64,000 nucleotides of DNA from Octopus sinensis (GCF_006345805.1 NC_043004.1:63736001-63800000), one strand, 5' to 3'. Positions 1 through 14,075 are shown, counted from the stretch's first letter. Made by a program: numbers and translations. The notes: generated by a model not told the origin, from the letters alone.

Positions 1-800
1 GTGTCCTGATTTGATATAATAGGCAGACACTAGTGTTTTGAAGCAGCAAGTAATTGCTAGAATACAGTAAAGACGAATGACCAGTGAAATATTACCTTTC
101 AAATAATGGCTGATGGAGGAAATAACTGATTCATTGACAAAGATATAGCACATTCCATTCAAGATTGTATTTTAATAGATATTTTCCTTGATTCACGTGC
201 CCATTTCTAAATTTCTACTCTTCAGTTAATAATTAATCTTGATTCTTTCACTGGTATTTTAATTTTAGTGCGTAACATAAACCACAGAATGTCGATGATC
301 TCCTTCTAAAATTATTTCATACTTACCCTTGATCATTTCTGTATCCTGTCGATATATCAATCTTATTTTGGGACGAGAATATGAATTAAACACAGATTCG
401 AACTAGAATATTTTATTCATATTATTTTCAAATATGGGAAGAATGTCAGCATATGTCGGAGAAGTGTTTACATTGATTATATTGTCACTAGTGATTCAAC
501 TTTTCTTATTTTATCACACATCAAGTATCAAAGGCGAATTAATCCACAGCTAAAAACGTAAGCATGGGCAAAATGATGCTGAACTCTCTGCACGGCATAC
601 AACTCTGCAAGCTCTCCCTTCGAATCTTTTCATGTTGCTCTCAATGTCTGAAACAATGCCATCCGTGTTGGGAAAGATGTAAGTCGATTACATCGACACC
701 AGTGTTCAATCATTTCTTAATGTTGTTGTATTTTATTCCATAAGCCAAATACAGAAATCACAGTAGTAACATATGTTTCTGTTTTCCATTTAAATTTCAG

Positions 801-842
801 ATTAAGATTGGATGAAGGCAGTGTGGATTCTTCGACAGTCTT
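801..842 (+). CDS. M13 peptidase cytoplasmic-tail exon, copy 1 (LRLDEGSVDSSTVL)
   Basis: tttcag|...|gtaagt; 42 nt, phase 2-2; paralogous to 3387-3428. Confidence 0.65.
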
Positions 843-1099
843 GTAAGTTCTTCGCTACCGATATATTATTATCCTCATTCTGGTTTATACATCTTATTTT
901 CTCACATATTTCATTTGACAATCCTTATTCCTTATAATTACTATGTATGTAATACCTTGCACAACACTCTCTCTCTCTCTGGTTGCTCACTGACTATCCA
1001 TTAGGAAAATAGGACATATTCTTTATTTGTAGCAGTAGCTTTCTGTCTTTGCCAAGAAATGTAAAGATGAAAAACCCAACCGTAAATTCTATTCAAATG

Positions 1100-1510
1100 T
1101 TGTACTCAACTTCTTGCCCTAGAGCTTTGGCATAGTTGTTCTCAACAGAGGGCGAAATAATCTGCATGCCTCTCATTTCAGCAGCGGGAGGTTTCAGTAA
1201 TTACTCGAAATAGATGAAGTATAGACCAGGTAGTTACTTTCGAATTACTCATCGAGCTTGTGCGAAGCTCTCGTTTGGAGACGCTTGCTGGCTATATTGA
1301 CATCAGTAAGTCTTTTCACTTGATGGACAGGGATGTGTTCAGAAGAATTCTGGTGTTACGAGGCATAATTCTGTGGCGGTTAGGCTGATTGCGACCTTCA
1401 CGCAATTCATACTGCAGCCAGCATCTGACTGATTCCCACTCCGATCTGGCTCCGTCAGGGATGTTCCAAATAAAACCAGTATCTGCATGTCCAGGATAAT
1501 TGACCGGATG
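1100..1510 (+). mobile_element. Possible highly decayed mariner transposase relic
   Basis: HSDLAPSGMF resembles YSPDLAPSDF; otherwise very degenerate. Confidence 0.25.
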
Positions 1511-2110
1511 GTGAAACATTGAGTTCTGGTGCAACCATAGATGTAACTAAGATTACAGTCCTGAATTTTGAAAATGTTTCAGGTAATATATGTTGCAGTG
1601 CTTCTCAATGTCTCAAGGAATGCACTCCTTTCACTAAGTATAGAAAGCTGAATCAATTTGCCTTAAAGTTTCTTCTGAGAAAATCCAGTCCTACGTTGGT
1701 TTCACTAAGTTGATTTGCATTTTGAAACCACGACTGATAACATTATAAATATTGTACTATACATAGATACAAAGTATATGTGTATTCTTGAAAATATCAA
1801 TATTTCACTACTTCCTTATTCTGCCATTACAAGGAATGGATAACGTATACCATAGAATATTAAATTACCAAATGTAGCTCACTACGAAATCACTGAGGGG
1901 GCATAGGTAGAAGTAAGTATATAAAAATGGTGTCTTAAATCTAAGACACTTGCGTGGGTATAAACTTCTGCAACACAGAATAGCCCAACAAAATTTGCCT
2001 GTAAAATCTAATCTGTTTAAGCTTTAACGTATAGAAGTTTGACTCATTATACATTGATGTATATTATGATGAAATCATTTAATGCTACATAAAATTTATT
2101 AATACCCAAA

Positions 2111-2329
2111 TCTGTTTGCCGGGGGATCGTGGTGCTGCGAAGAAAGGACTCAAACAACGGGGATAAAATAGACAATTTCAGGCCCATCACTCCGCTTAAT
2201 TGAGATTTGAAGATTTTGGCCAAGGTATTAGCAGAAATGTTGGCGCATATCGCGTGTGGATTAATCGGGAAAGCATAAACTTGCGGCATTCGCGGCAGAT
2301 CTATCCAGGACAACCTCCATCTTATACGA
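2111..2329 (+). mobile_element. Tx1/L1-clade LINE RT fragment with stops
   Basis: Translates to ...IDNFRPITPLN*DLKILAKVLA...*TCGIRGRSIQDNLHLIR. Confidence 0.85.
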
Positions 2330-3386
2330 TATACATACATGCATATATACATGCTTACATACATACACACGTACGTACATGCTTACATACATACATACAC
2401 ACGTACGTACATACATACCTGCCTATAAATGTGAGTATATATACATGTATGTGTGGTTATCCATACAGGGTACCACGAACGGCTATTCAATTGAATCCAA
2501 TACAGCCAATTAGATACACAGGATGTCAGGGACCACAGTACTCGTAACAAAACAATATTTATAGTCAATTTTGACAACATAAGCTATCAAAATAAGGAGT
2601 GTCCTGCTTTGATATAATAGGCAGACACTAGTGTTTTGAAGCAGCAAATAATTGCTAGAATACAGTAAAGACGAATGATCAGTGAAATATTACCTTTCAA
2701 GTAATGGCTGATGGAGGAAATAACTGATTCATTGACAAAGATATAGCACATTCCATTCAAGAATGTCTTTTAATAGATATTTTCCTTGATTCACGTGCCC
2801 ATTTCTAAATTTCTACTCTTCAGTTAATAATTAATCTTGATTCTTTCACTGGTATTTTAATTTTAGTGCGTAACATAAACCACAGAATTTCGATGATCTC
2901 TTTCTAAAGTTATTTCATACTTACCCTTGATCATTTCTGTATTCTGTCGATATATCAATCTTATTTTGGGACGCGAATATGAATTAAACACAGATTCGAA
3001 CTAGAATATTTTATTCATATTATTTTCAAATATGGGAAGAATTTCAGCATATGTCGGAGAAGTGTTTACATTGATTATATTGTCACTAGTGATTCAACTT
3101 TTCTTCTTTTATCACTCATCAAGTATCAAAGGCGAATTAATCCACAGCTAAGAACGTAAGCATGAATGATGCTGAACTCTCTGCACGGCATACTACTCTG
3201 CAAGCTCTCCGTTCGTTCGAATCTTGCTCTCAATGTCTGAAACAATGCCATCCGTTTTGGGAAAGATGTAAGTCGATTACATCGACACCAGTGTTCAATC
3301 ATTTCTTAATGTTGTATTTTATTCCATAAGCCAACTACAGAAATCACAGCAGTAATACATGTTTCTGCTTTCCATTTATATTTCAG

Positions 3387-3428
3387 ATTCAGGAGGAATG
3401 AAGACGATGAGGATTCTTCGACAGACTC
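3387..3428 (+). CDS. M13 peptidase cytoplasmic-tail exon, copy 2 (FRRNEDDEDSSTDS)
   Basis: tttcag|...|gtaagt; 42 nt, phase 2-2; joins the TM exon in frame. Confidence 0.72.
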
Positions 3429-3811
3429 GTAAGTTCTTCGCTACCGATATATTTCTATCCTCACTCTGGTTTATACATCGTATTTTCTCACATAATATTT
3501 CGTTTGACAATACTTATTGCTGATAGTAACCATATTTGTGATACTGTGCACACATTCCTCTCTCTCTCACCCTCTCTCTCTCTCTCTCTCTCTGGTTGCT
3601 TTCTGAGCAAAGACGTTTTGTAAATATTGTCTAGTTTTCTCTATTGACGGTCTAGATGGGTCCATAATAACCAGCAATGAATCGTGCCTATACAAACTTC
3701 ACTTGGTATTACGGAAATACATGAGGAGTCACTGGCTGAGGTATGGACCGACCAGATCTGTAACCTGAGCAGAGTAAGAGGGGTCCATAGTTATATCAAA
3801 CAAATTGTTAC

Positions 3812-3865
<54 letters not shown>

Positions 3866-3959
3866 GATTATTATTATTGAAGGTTTATCGGCACCAAAGC
3901 TTATCATCGAAGGAAATTGGTGCCTTCCTAGCAGTTAGAATTACGTCTATTTCTTAGAG

Positions 3960-5420
3960 GGTCAGGTTTGTAAAGTGTTTAGCTAGAATTAGAGCTTTGT
4001 TATGGAGATAGGGGATGCAGAAGTGTAGTAATTGTTGATAAGAATTGTAGGAATGAGGATGTTTTTGTATATTCAGGGAGGGGAAACTAGGCTATAAACT
4101 CACCTGTTCAAGAGCAACAGTTAACGGTTAATTTTTCCCTAACTATAGTTATTATATAGTCTAATATATTCTTACTGATTTGTCCTAAGTCCGATATGGT
4201 AGGGCAGATGAACCTTATGCAGGGTTTGGTTATGAAATCCGTCTTCTTGTCTTTAAGGTTGAAATGCGCAACTGTTGGGTTTTAGAGTTCAGTAAGATCC
4301 TCTATATTCACTTACTATTGAGGGCTGTATTAGTTTTATTAGGAAGGAACTGCATGAGTCCAACAAGATCGCTCCGACGTCCGTCCTGGATACCACAAAC
4401 ACCAATCACTGTAAACCAGTGAACGAATTTGGAGTAGACAATCAAATGGAGTGCTACAACCCAATTGTTTCACATTTCAACCTTTGAGACCACAACCAGG
4501 ATTTCATAACTAGATATTCTATAAGGATCATCTGCCCTACCAAATCGGATTTAGCAGGAATCAATAAGAATATATGAGACTATATAATACCATCCGGAGA
4601 GGCTTGTCTGAAAAGATACAAAAGATATGCGGTCCATATGACATCAGGACAGTATTCACGCGTAATAAAACACTTCGAGTAAAAACACCAATAGAAGAGA
4701 ATATGACCAAAGTCTGCATGTACTCCATCCCATGCAGCTGTGTTAGGTTATACAAAGGCGAAACATGCCGCCCCATCAAAATAGGGGTAGAGGAACATCT
4801 CAAACTGTGGCATGAGGAGATATTGATAAATCGACTGTAGCTGATCATGTATGGAAAAATGAAGACCAACTCCCACAGTAGGATTAAGTTAAAATAACAG
4901 ACAAAGAACACCACTGGAAGATAGAAAACTGTAAAGAAGCAGCACATATGCTAGGGCACAACAACCACCTAAGCAGACCGGGTGCAGATAAGAGTAGCAT
5001 ATGGGAACCGGTATTAAGGAAGGATAGGAAAATATTAGATTTATAACATCTCGAGTTCGATTCCATACAGTGACCTGAATATTAATAAAAATACCATCGA
5101 AAAATACCTTAGGAATGAGAACCCAGCTTTGAAATTTCCCCAAGACACCTGATGAAGCCTGGATGGTATATCAACCGAAATGTTGTGTTAACAACAAACA
5201 AGATGAGGACAAATATCCGTCAAATGTAAATAATGTAAATAATTAATATAATAGATATAGTTAGGGAAAAAATAGACGTTAACTTTTAGCTTTGAACAGG
5301 TAATGTTATAGCCTAGTTTCACTTCCGTGAAAATAGAAACTCCTCCGCATTCCTATAAATTGATATCAAGAATTACTACGCTTCTATATCCACTATCCTG
5401 TCTGGATTTACCTGGGATTA
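3960..5420. mobile_element. Nested Penelope-like fragments: inverted RT N-terminal fragments plus a GIY-YIG 3' fragment (~4590-5255, +)
   Basis: ORF 4574-4840 has MYSIPCSCVRLYKGETCRPIKIGVEEH (GIY-YIG). 4150-4275 is inverted relative to 4470-4590, and 3990-4150 relative to 5255-5420. Confidence 0.75.
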
Positions 5421-5896
5421 TACTTGAGGACTTATATCTCCGCTGAAGTACAGGCCAAAATCCATATTCTCTGAAAGAAGATGAGCTGTGAACTTTATCC
5501 TCCTGTCTTCTATTTTATTCACCATTCTTCTGTCTACTATTTTATTCTTTTATACTCTACGAATTCTGTGTCTGGAATTTTCCAATATGAACACCTTGTC
5601 TCTGATGATGGGAAACCCAGTGTATGGAGATGCTGACCCATCTCCTAAGATATCTCAGAAACAGTTGTAAGACATTAATTACTTCTAATTCGCCTTAATA
5701 TAACTGGATACTCTGATCTGAAATACTCGCAATGCATTGGTTTTGTTGTTGTTTTTCTTCAAATATACACCTGCTAATTTGGAAGTCTTCTGCGGATCCC
5801 ACCCCTCAACTGAGAATTTGGAACCTAACAGATGACTAATTATAGCAGATACACACCGTATCCGTTTAGATCATCAGTGAAATTAAACACCTATAA

Positions 5897-7600
<1,704 letters not shown>

Positions 7601-7927
7601 CTGAAGTAACTTAAAGACAAACCACAAAATACTTTTTGTTGCTTCTGTATCAGACGGAAGAAAAAGAAAATGAATGAAAGAAGCAAACAAACAACGATAG
7701 AAAGAAAGAAAGAAAAAGAGAAGGAAAGAGAGGAGGATCAGGATTATTGATTAATGTTAGTACGCTGTTATGTATGCTACATGGAGAGAAATTTTGTTTT
7801 CTTGATGGTCAAGCTTCGATCCCTTTATTTTCTCACTAAAGCCTTACATTTGCATCACAAATATATTGAAATATTGCCATCCCTTTCTAAATACATGCAA
7901 TATTTTAACTATATGTTTTATTTGCAG

Positions 7928-8034
7928 GAAAGCGCGAAAAATTTGTATTATTGGAACCGTGGCAATAGGCATCATAATTTTGAGCGTAGTAGTGGTGTTG
8001 GGCGTAAAACTACTTATTGCTAATCAAAGACAAG
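7928..8034 (+). CDS. M13 peptidase signal-anchor/TM exon (KARKICIIGTVAIGIIILSVVVVLGVKLLIANQRQ)
   Basis: ttgcag|...|gtaaag; basic residues then a ~22-aa hydrophobic stretch; phase 2-1. Confidence 0.88.
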
Positions 8035-8641
8035 GTAAAGTATCCTCCTCCGTAATACGAACACCAACACTTTACATTTATCGCATAAGAGCCTGCACCA
8101 CCACCACGTGCATCACACATAACAGCTCATCATTTTCGCCATCCTTCTTCTCTATCTAGTTACCATCGTCCTTATAATCATCATCACTTCAATTATTTCT
8201 CTCTAGCTTTAAGTGGAAGCCAAATTTTATTCAAGTTACATATGTTATTAGAAAAAATACTTCCTATAAGTTGAATCTTATGAAGAAAAAGCAGTCGGTC
8301 AAACCTGGAATATATTTCTTCATAGTCTATCTCGATCAAAGCTGATCTTGGAATGGAATAACAAGAAAAAATATCTATAACTGAAACAAAGCAAACACGT
8401 ATCTATCATACATAATCTACAACCACCAAGAAATAGGAGTCAAACTTCCTTGAAACGGCAGCTTATTCGTATGAAAATAAAGAACAGTAGTGTATAATGT
8501 TGTCCTAAATGCACTAATTGTAGAAGGATGGCATCACCAAGGTTACAATGTGCATTTAATTAGCTATAGATATTGATACTCTCCTCGTTACTGGTGTTAC
8601 TTATCACTGATGTAAATGAGCTAAATGTCTTTTTCTTTCAT

Positions 8642-9519
8642 CCAGAATGCTAGAAAAAGATCATCAACGATCAAACTACAAGGGAAATTCTCTAGAGGAA
8701 GAATTCAGCGAACACCAGAACCAACTTTGGCGGGCAGGATATATGAAAAATTAAATAAATAACAGACTTAAATGCATACCTCGGTTTCGGTCTTAACAAA
8801 AGAATTATGCATTTAAGTCTGTTATTTATTTAATTTTTCATATGTCCTGCCCGCCAAAGTTGGTTCTGGTGTTCGCTGAATTCTTCCTCTAGAGAATTTC
8901 CCTTGTAGTTTGATCGTTGATGATCTTTTTCTAGCATTCTGGCCGGCTTCCTAGCAGGCCAGCCCTGCCAATATACACATATATTTGAATTTTTCTGACT
9001 CCTCAGATTTTTTGAATGCTGGACTAGTGGTTTTAAATTGATATTAAAATTAATATTAATTTATCTCCCTCAATTTTTAAATATTTAAATAAATACGTTC
9101 CCTAGTTGTAAGTACTACCCGCAGTGAATTATTCACTGCAGCCCTTCGCTTCAGGAGTCTCTCAGCGCGCCAGAACCAAGACATTTGAAATTTTATTCCC
9201 GATGTAATCAGTAAGACTAAGCACGTGTCTGTCTTGACACAGAGAGCTGGGGTTAGTCTTGCGGTTTGCATCTCGAGGACCGAATGTACTGATGAAGTCA
9301 CGGACACTTGAATTATGCAAGTAATTCTTTTGTTAAGACCGAAACCGAGGTATGCATTTAAGTCTGTTATTTATTTAATTTTTCATATGTCCTGCCCGCC
9401 AAAGTTGGTTCTGGTGTTCGCTGAATTCTTCCTCTAGAGAATTTCCCTTGTAGTTTGATCGTTGATGATCTTTTTCTAGCATTCTGGCCGGCTACCTAGC
9501 AGGCCAGCCCTGCCAATAT

Positions 9520-9524
<5 letters not shown>
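8642..9524 (+). mobile_element. Noncoding hammerhead-containing element (inverted arm + two direct repeats), Penelope-like/retrozyme-like
   Basis: 8642-8778 is inverted to 8806-8942 (1 mismatch); 8806-8979 is directly repeated at 9351-9524; hammerhead core at 9282-9359. Confidence 0.8.
9282..9359 (+). ncRNA. Type I hammerhead ribozyme, predicted cleavage after 9352 (GUA)
   Basis: Stem I GAAUGUA/UGCAUUU; core CUGAUGA (9289-95); stem II GUC/GAC with inner ACUUG/CAAGU; GAAA (9341-44); stem III ACC-GA-GGU. A-C mismatch at the base of stem II. Confidence 0.72.
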
Positions 9525-9553
<29 letters not shown>

Positions 9554-9670
9554 GTTGAGTGTCTGTGTGTGTGTGTGTACATGTGTGCATGAATGAGCGT
9601 GTATGTACGTATGTATGCGTGTGTTTCCGATGGGTATGTCAGTTTACGTGTTTCACTTTAATCCTTGCAG

Positions 9671-9712
9671 GTCACGATGCAACAATAACAGTAATCACGA
9701 GTTTGAAGGCAG
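9671..9712 (+). CDS. M13 peptidase stalk micro-exon (GHDATITVITSLKAA)
   Basis: ccttgcag|...|gtaaga; 42 nt, phase 1-1; gives ...KAAHNVLNKLNTSEDPC on splicing. Confidence 0.75.
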
Positions 9713-10349
9713 GTAAGAAAATGATTCATATATCGTGACTAGAGTACCCGTGATGCGTTGGGTCACTGACGTTTCATGTTATAAAACAAGGTATTTACTT
9801 TCTTCCTCGTCGATGCATGATCTAAGAATAGGAAATCGTTTCACCTTAGAAAAAAATCCTAATACCTCAAGAATTTATTTTTAATAATCACTTACAAATA
9901 TTTCTAAATAATTAAAATATTGTCTGTTTAAAGAAACCTAAATACTAATATTTACTCTACAAACAAATCGTACATTTCAAATCATATTCACTTAAAAATA
10001 CTTTTTAATAATTAAAATATTGCCTGTTTAAAGAAAATTGAAATATAAATACTCAAGTTCAAATAATTTTTATTTTTTATGTTACTTTCGGCGTATTTTC
10101 CCACTATGTACCGCTATGACTATTTATGAAAGTACCCCACAAAACCCGCGTATCTCGGGAATCTGTGGTCTGATTTATATGAAATTTATTTATAATCCGT
10201 TTGTATTCACATTTCAAGGGCACCTTACTTTCAGAGTATTTTCACATTATACACTGTTTTGAATGTTGTAAATTATACACAAGCAAGCATGCAATCAAGC
10301 ACGCAAGCATGCAATCACATAATTTTAGTAGTATGTAGATAGAACGATT

Positions 10350-10545
10350 CTAATTCAGTCTGAAAATTGCGTATCGGCATTTCGTCCGTCTTTAGGCTCT
10401 GAGTTCAAATTCCGCTAAGGTCCACTTTGCCTTCCATCCTTTCGGGGTCAAAGAAATAAGTACCAGTTACGTACTGGGATCAATGGAATTGACTAGCCCC
10501 CCTGCCCAAACTTTCAGGCCTTGTGTCTATAATAGAAAGGATTAT
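10350..10545 (+). mobile_element. tRNA-derived SINE family C, partial
   Basis: Shares GAGTTCAAATTCCG...TTTGCCTTcCATCCTTTCGGGGTC with 19110-19326. Confidence 0.8.
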
Positions 10546-10599
10546 CATTATTTTTGTTGTACAATAATCGTTTTTAGCACGTGCTTTTCTCTGGACTAC

Positions 10600-12230
10600 T
10601 GAGTGCAGCTCTGTGTGCCTTAGGTACGTGTTGTGGTTTTGTTGTTATAATACTGTACTGAAAATACTTTACGTAGAATGCTTTCAGCCCCTAGCAGTGC
10701 AATTTTCTGTATGCTATATATACTCGTTAGCCTTACTGTTTTCGTTATGTATTTTTCCGTGTGCCTTTTAACTATATTTAATACAACTATTATCAGAGGG
10801 ATTGTTTCTAGTTTCAAATCTTCGTATTACACGGGAATCTCTCTTTCCTTTAGAGATACACTGACTTCTGTTGTGGCTGATATGTCGATTAGAAAACATT
10901 ATTTTTTCGGTAGTACCTGAGGACAATATACGTATATTAGCCTTGATCTCTGTGTATATTGACATAACTAAGTGTATGGTTGCTGTGTATTGTCTAGGGC
11001 ATGTTTCTTCCATGACTTCTTTGGTCATTCCTTAGTGCTGGCATGGCCTGCAGGTCATGTAAGTCCCCACTCTGTTATTTGTGTGAATATAGTCCACCAT
11101 AGCCAGAACTAGGGAAGTAAGGGTCAATTTGGCTTATTGCTTCTCCCCCGCCACCTTATTTTCTACAACTACTCGTGTTATTTATTTAATTTTTTTATTC
11201 GTATCTGTTTTTTCTGGTTTCTGGTGGGCAAGTTTTGATGTTGTTCTGCAATTAAATAGCCTTCGTTTTGTACTTTGTGCTCCGATGTTCTTAAACACTG
11301 GTGAGGTTTTACCTTATCTACTTCTTTTCCGTTTACCTTATACTAGTATTTGTCATGTAAGGGCTTTTTGTGGCTCCATTTATCATGGTATTTTGTAGTT
11401 CAAGATTGAGCTTCGCTTTTTGTTCCCTCTCAGCATTTGTTTTTGTTTCTTCTTTTTCTTCTTAGGTATTATGTCCTCTTTAATTTTTCGGCTTCCTTGA
11501 AGATCAAAAACTTGCTTTTTATTCTTCTTATGTATTGTAGCCGTTTGCAAGTTTTCCTTGCTTCTGAGTTAGATAAGTTTGTATTCTTATGGTGGATAAT
11601 TTGTAGTAGTTTTCTAGTTTTATAAGACCGCTACTACTTTTATTTCTTGTGAGATTTTGGGTAGTGTATTCTAAATTCGTCATAATAACAATAGTAAAAT
11701 AATAATGATAATATTAGCTTTCCTGTTTAGTGTGGGCTGATCGTTCAGTGTACAATTAAGAATATTGTAGCTGTGACTGATATAAGTCGAGTATTGATAC
11801 CTTTTATCTTATTTTTCGATTGAGCTCTGTTTTAAGTACTAATCTAACTCTTCTTTAATATTGCTTTCTTCTGTTCTCTATTCTTTGTGTATGCTGTACC
11901 TTATCTGTGAAGGCGCGTGGCTTAGTGGTTAGGGCATTCGACTGACGATTGTAAGGTCGTGAGTTCGATTCCCGGCGATGCGTTGTATCCTTGAGCAAGA
12001 CACTTTATTTCACGTTTCTCCAGTCCACTCAGCTGGCAAAAATGAGTTGTACCTGTATTTCAAAGGGCCGGCCTTGTCACACTCTGTGTCACGCTGAATC
12101 TCCCTGAGAACTACGTTAAGGGTACTCGTATCTGTGGATTGCTCAGTCACTTGCACTTTAATTCCATGAGCAAGCCGTTCCGTTGATCGTATCAGCTGGG
12201 ACCCACGTCGTCGTAACCGATAGAGTGCTC

Positions 12231-12290
<60 letters not shown>

Positions 12291-13560
12291 CTTATCTAGT
12301 TCATTGATTCTTAAGTATTTGTAAGTCTGAGTTTGTTCTAGTTCTCTTAATTCATGTTGTTCATCTACTGTGATATTGTTATTTTTTACTAGTTTTCTTG
12401 AATTCGAGATTGATTTGGCACACTATTCAAAGCAGAATTTCGATGTTTATTTCTTTGGTAAATCCATGCATTGTCTGTAATAAATTTTCTAGTTGTTTAT
12501 CATCTGCAGCATACAGCTTGAGGTCATCCATACACAGAAAAGTGTGTGTTGTTTTACCATAACTGTCGTATCCACATCCATTTCCGTTTAGCATGTCGTT
12601 TAAGGGGGAAAGGATAATAACAATGAATGAAGATCAATCATATATATTTGTTGTGATTAATTTCTGGAGTGCTCCAATTTTGCTTCGTGTGAGGGGCCAC
12701 AGCTGTCATCTTTATTTATGGCGGGGTCGAGTGAAGAGGAAGATTGGTAGGATAATAATAAGAACGTCTCCAGACCGGTAGCTCCTAAGGATCCATAAGC
12801 ACATTCTGCGGGCTACGTCAAATTTTCTGTCTATGCAGACACTCGACCTTAAGTTGTCAACCGTTACTTCGAAGCCCCGTGCGGTGTTTGATGACACGAG
12901 GATTTCGCTTGAGAGCAAAGTATGTGGTAGCTCCTTACCGAAGTAGATTAATTCTGTGTTATTCTCATTTAGCTATATGTTGTGTCTTCCCGCCCATTGA
13001 ATTACAGGGAGTAAATCTGATTGGAGATACATCCCATCTCCTCCGCTGTCAACGGCTTTCAGAATATTTAAGTCATTCTCGCAAATTCCAATGCTAGTGT
13101 GTTTGATGACGTTAATGGTGTGGCACTATAAGTAATGAAAATGTGTAATCTCAATATAGTGCCTTGTAGGAAACTTCTAATGATTCTTGTCGAACTCCAT
13201 CAAACACCAACGACGCCAAATACTGGGTTCTTTCCAACAGAACGTATTCAGTCCATTTTAGTAGCTTCCCACATACTTCAATGTTTGACAGTTTCTTTAA
13301 TGTTGTGATCGACTTTATCGAAGTTCAGGTATTTGGCATATGCATTTACAACGCCAACAAATTCATGCAGGAACTGCGTTAGGCACTCCCTGCGATTCCG
13401 TAATGCATAAGTTGGCTGCTACTTTCCAGGAAGTAAGTTGCTCGAAATCTCATCACTTTCTTAAGTAATTTGATGATGTGGTAGGTGCGATCAGTCGGTA
13501 ATTTACTACTTGTGATTTATTGCGCATGCAAAAAATTGGGCCAATAGACTAGGATAGGAA
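10600..13560 (-). mobile_element. Decayed R4/Dong-clade (RLE) non-LTR retrotransposon, interrupted by a SINE
   Basis: Minus strand has FLCMDDLKLY (~12510-12540) and C-terminal IPLIIVVL...IQKIALLGAESILRKVFS (10620-10817). Confidence 0.75.
11911..12232 (+). mobile_element. tRNA-derived SINE family A
   Basis: A box TGGCTTAGTGG, B box GAGTTCGATTCC, then CCTTGAGCAAGACACTT core; ends in (TA)n; inverted copy at 55905-56225. Confidence 0.9.
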
Positions 13561-13904
13561 ATTATTGGGAAATGACTTGCGTCCTCTGATCCCCAGGAGA
13601 ATACCTAAGGCAAATACAAGTTGGTGTCTAAAGTCCTTTACACTTACCCACATACATATTTTTGCTTGTATGTATGTGTGTATACACATTTACATACATT
13701 TACCAACCGCAGCAGTTGGTACGCCAACCGCTGCGGCAAGGCTGATACTTAAAGAACAACATGAAATACAATAACCTATATTATAATAATAATGTTTATA
13801 CATTTACAAATATAATATTTTCTGCAATATATTAACATTAAATTCAACATGAACTCTGTATGGGTTTTATTATATTTTTGCTGTAATTATTTGAAATTTA
13901 CCAG

Positions 13905-14075
13905 CTCATAATGTACTGAATAAATTAAACACCAGTGAGGATCCTTGCAATAATTTTTGGAAATATTCTTGTGGGGAATACATACAAACTCGAAAACCGT
14001 TACAGACATCGAAATTCAGCTTAGACATGAACGTAAAAGCAGAAATGCAGCGATCCATTGATGAAAACGTTATTG
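13905..14075 (+). CDS. M13 peptidase exon (HNVLNKLNTSEDPCNNFWKYSCG...)
   Basis: ccag|...|gtacgt; M13 DPC-x7-CG motif; 171 nt, phase 1-1. Confidence 0.95.

Larger units (their letters stand above)
1..3600 (+). repeat. Tandem segmental duplication, ~2.6-kb period (1-~987 vs 2599-~3600)
   Basis: Direct alignment; about 14 mismatches in the first 540 bp; each copy holds a 42-nt exon. Confidence 0.95.

Noticed and set aside
11911-11980. tRNA-like sequence with A/B boxes (also 19110, 49087, 56150-56225)
   Set aside because: SINE heads continuing into SINE bodies; no complete cloverleaf.
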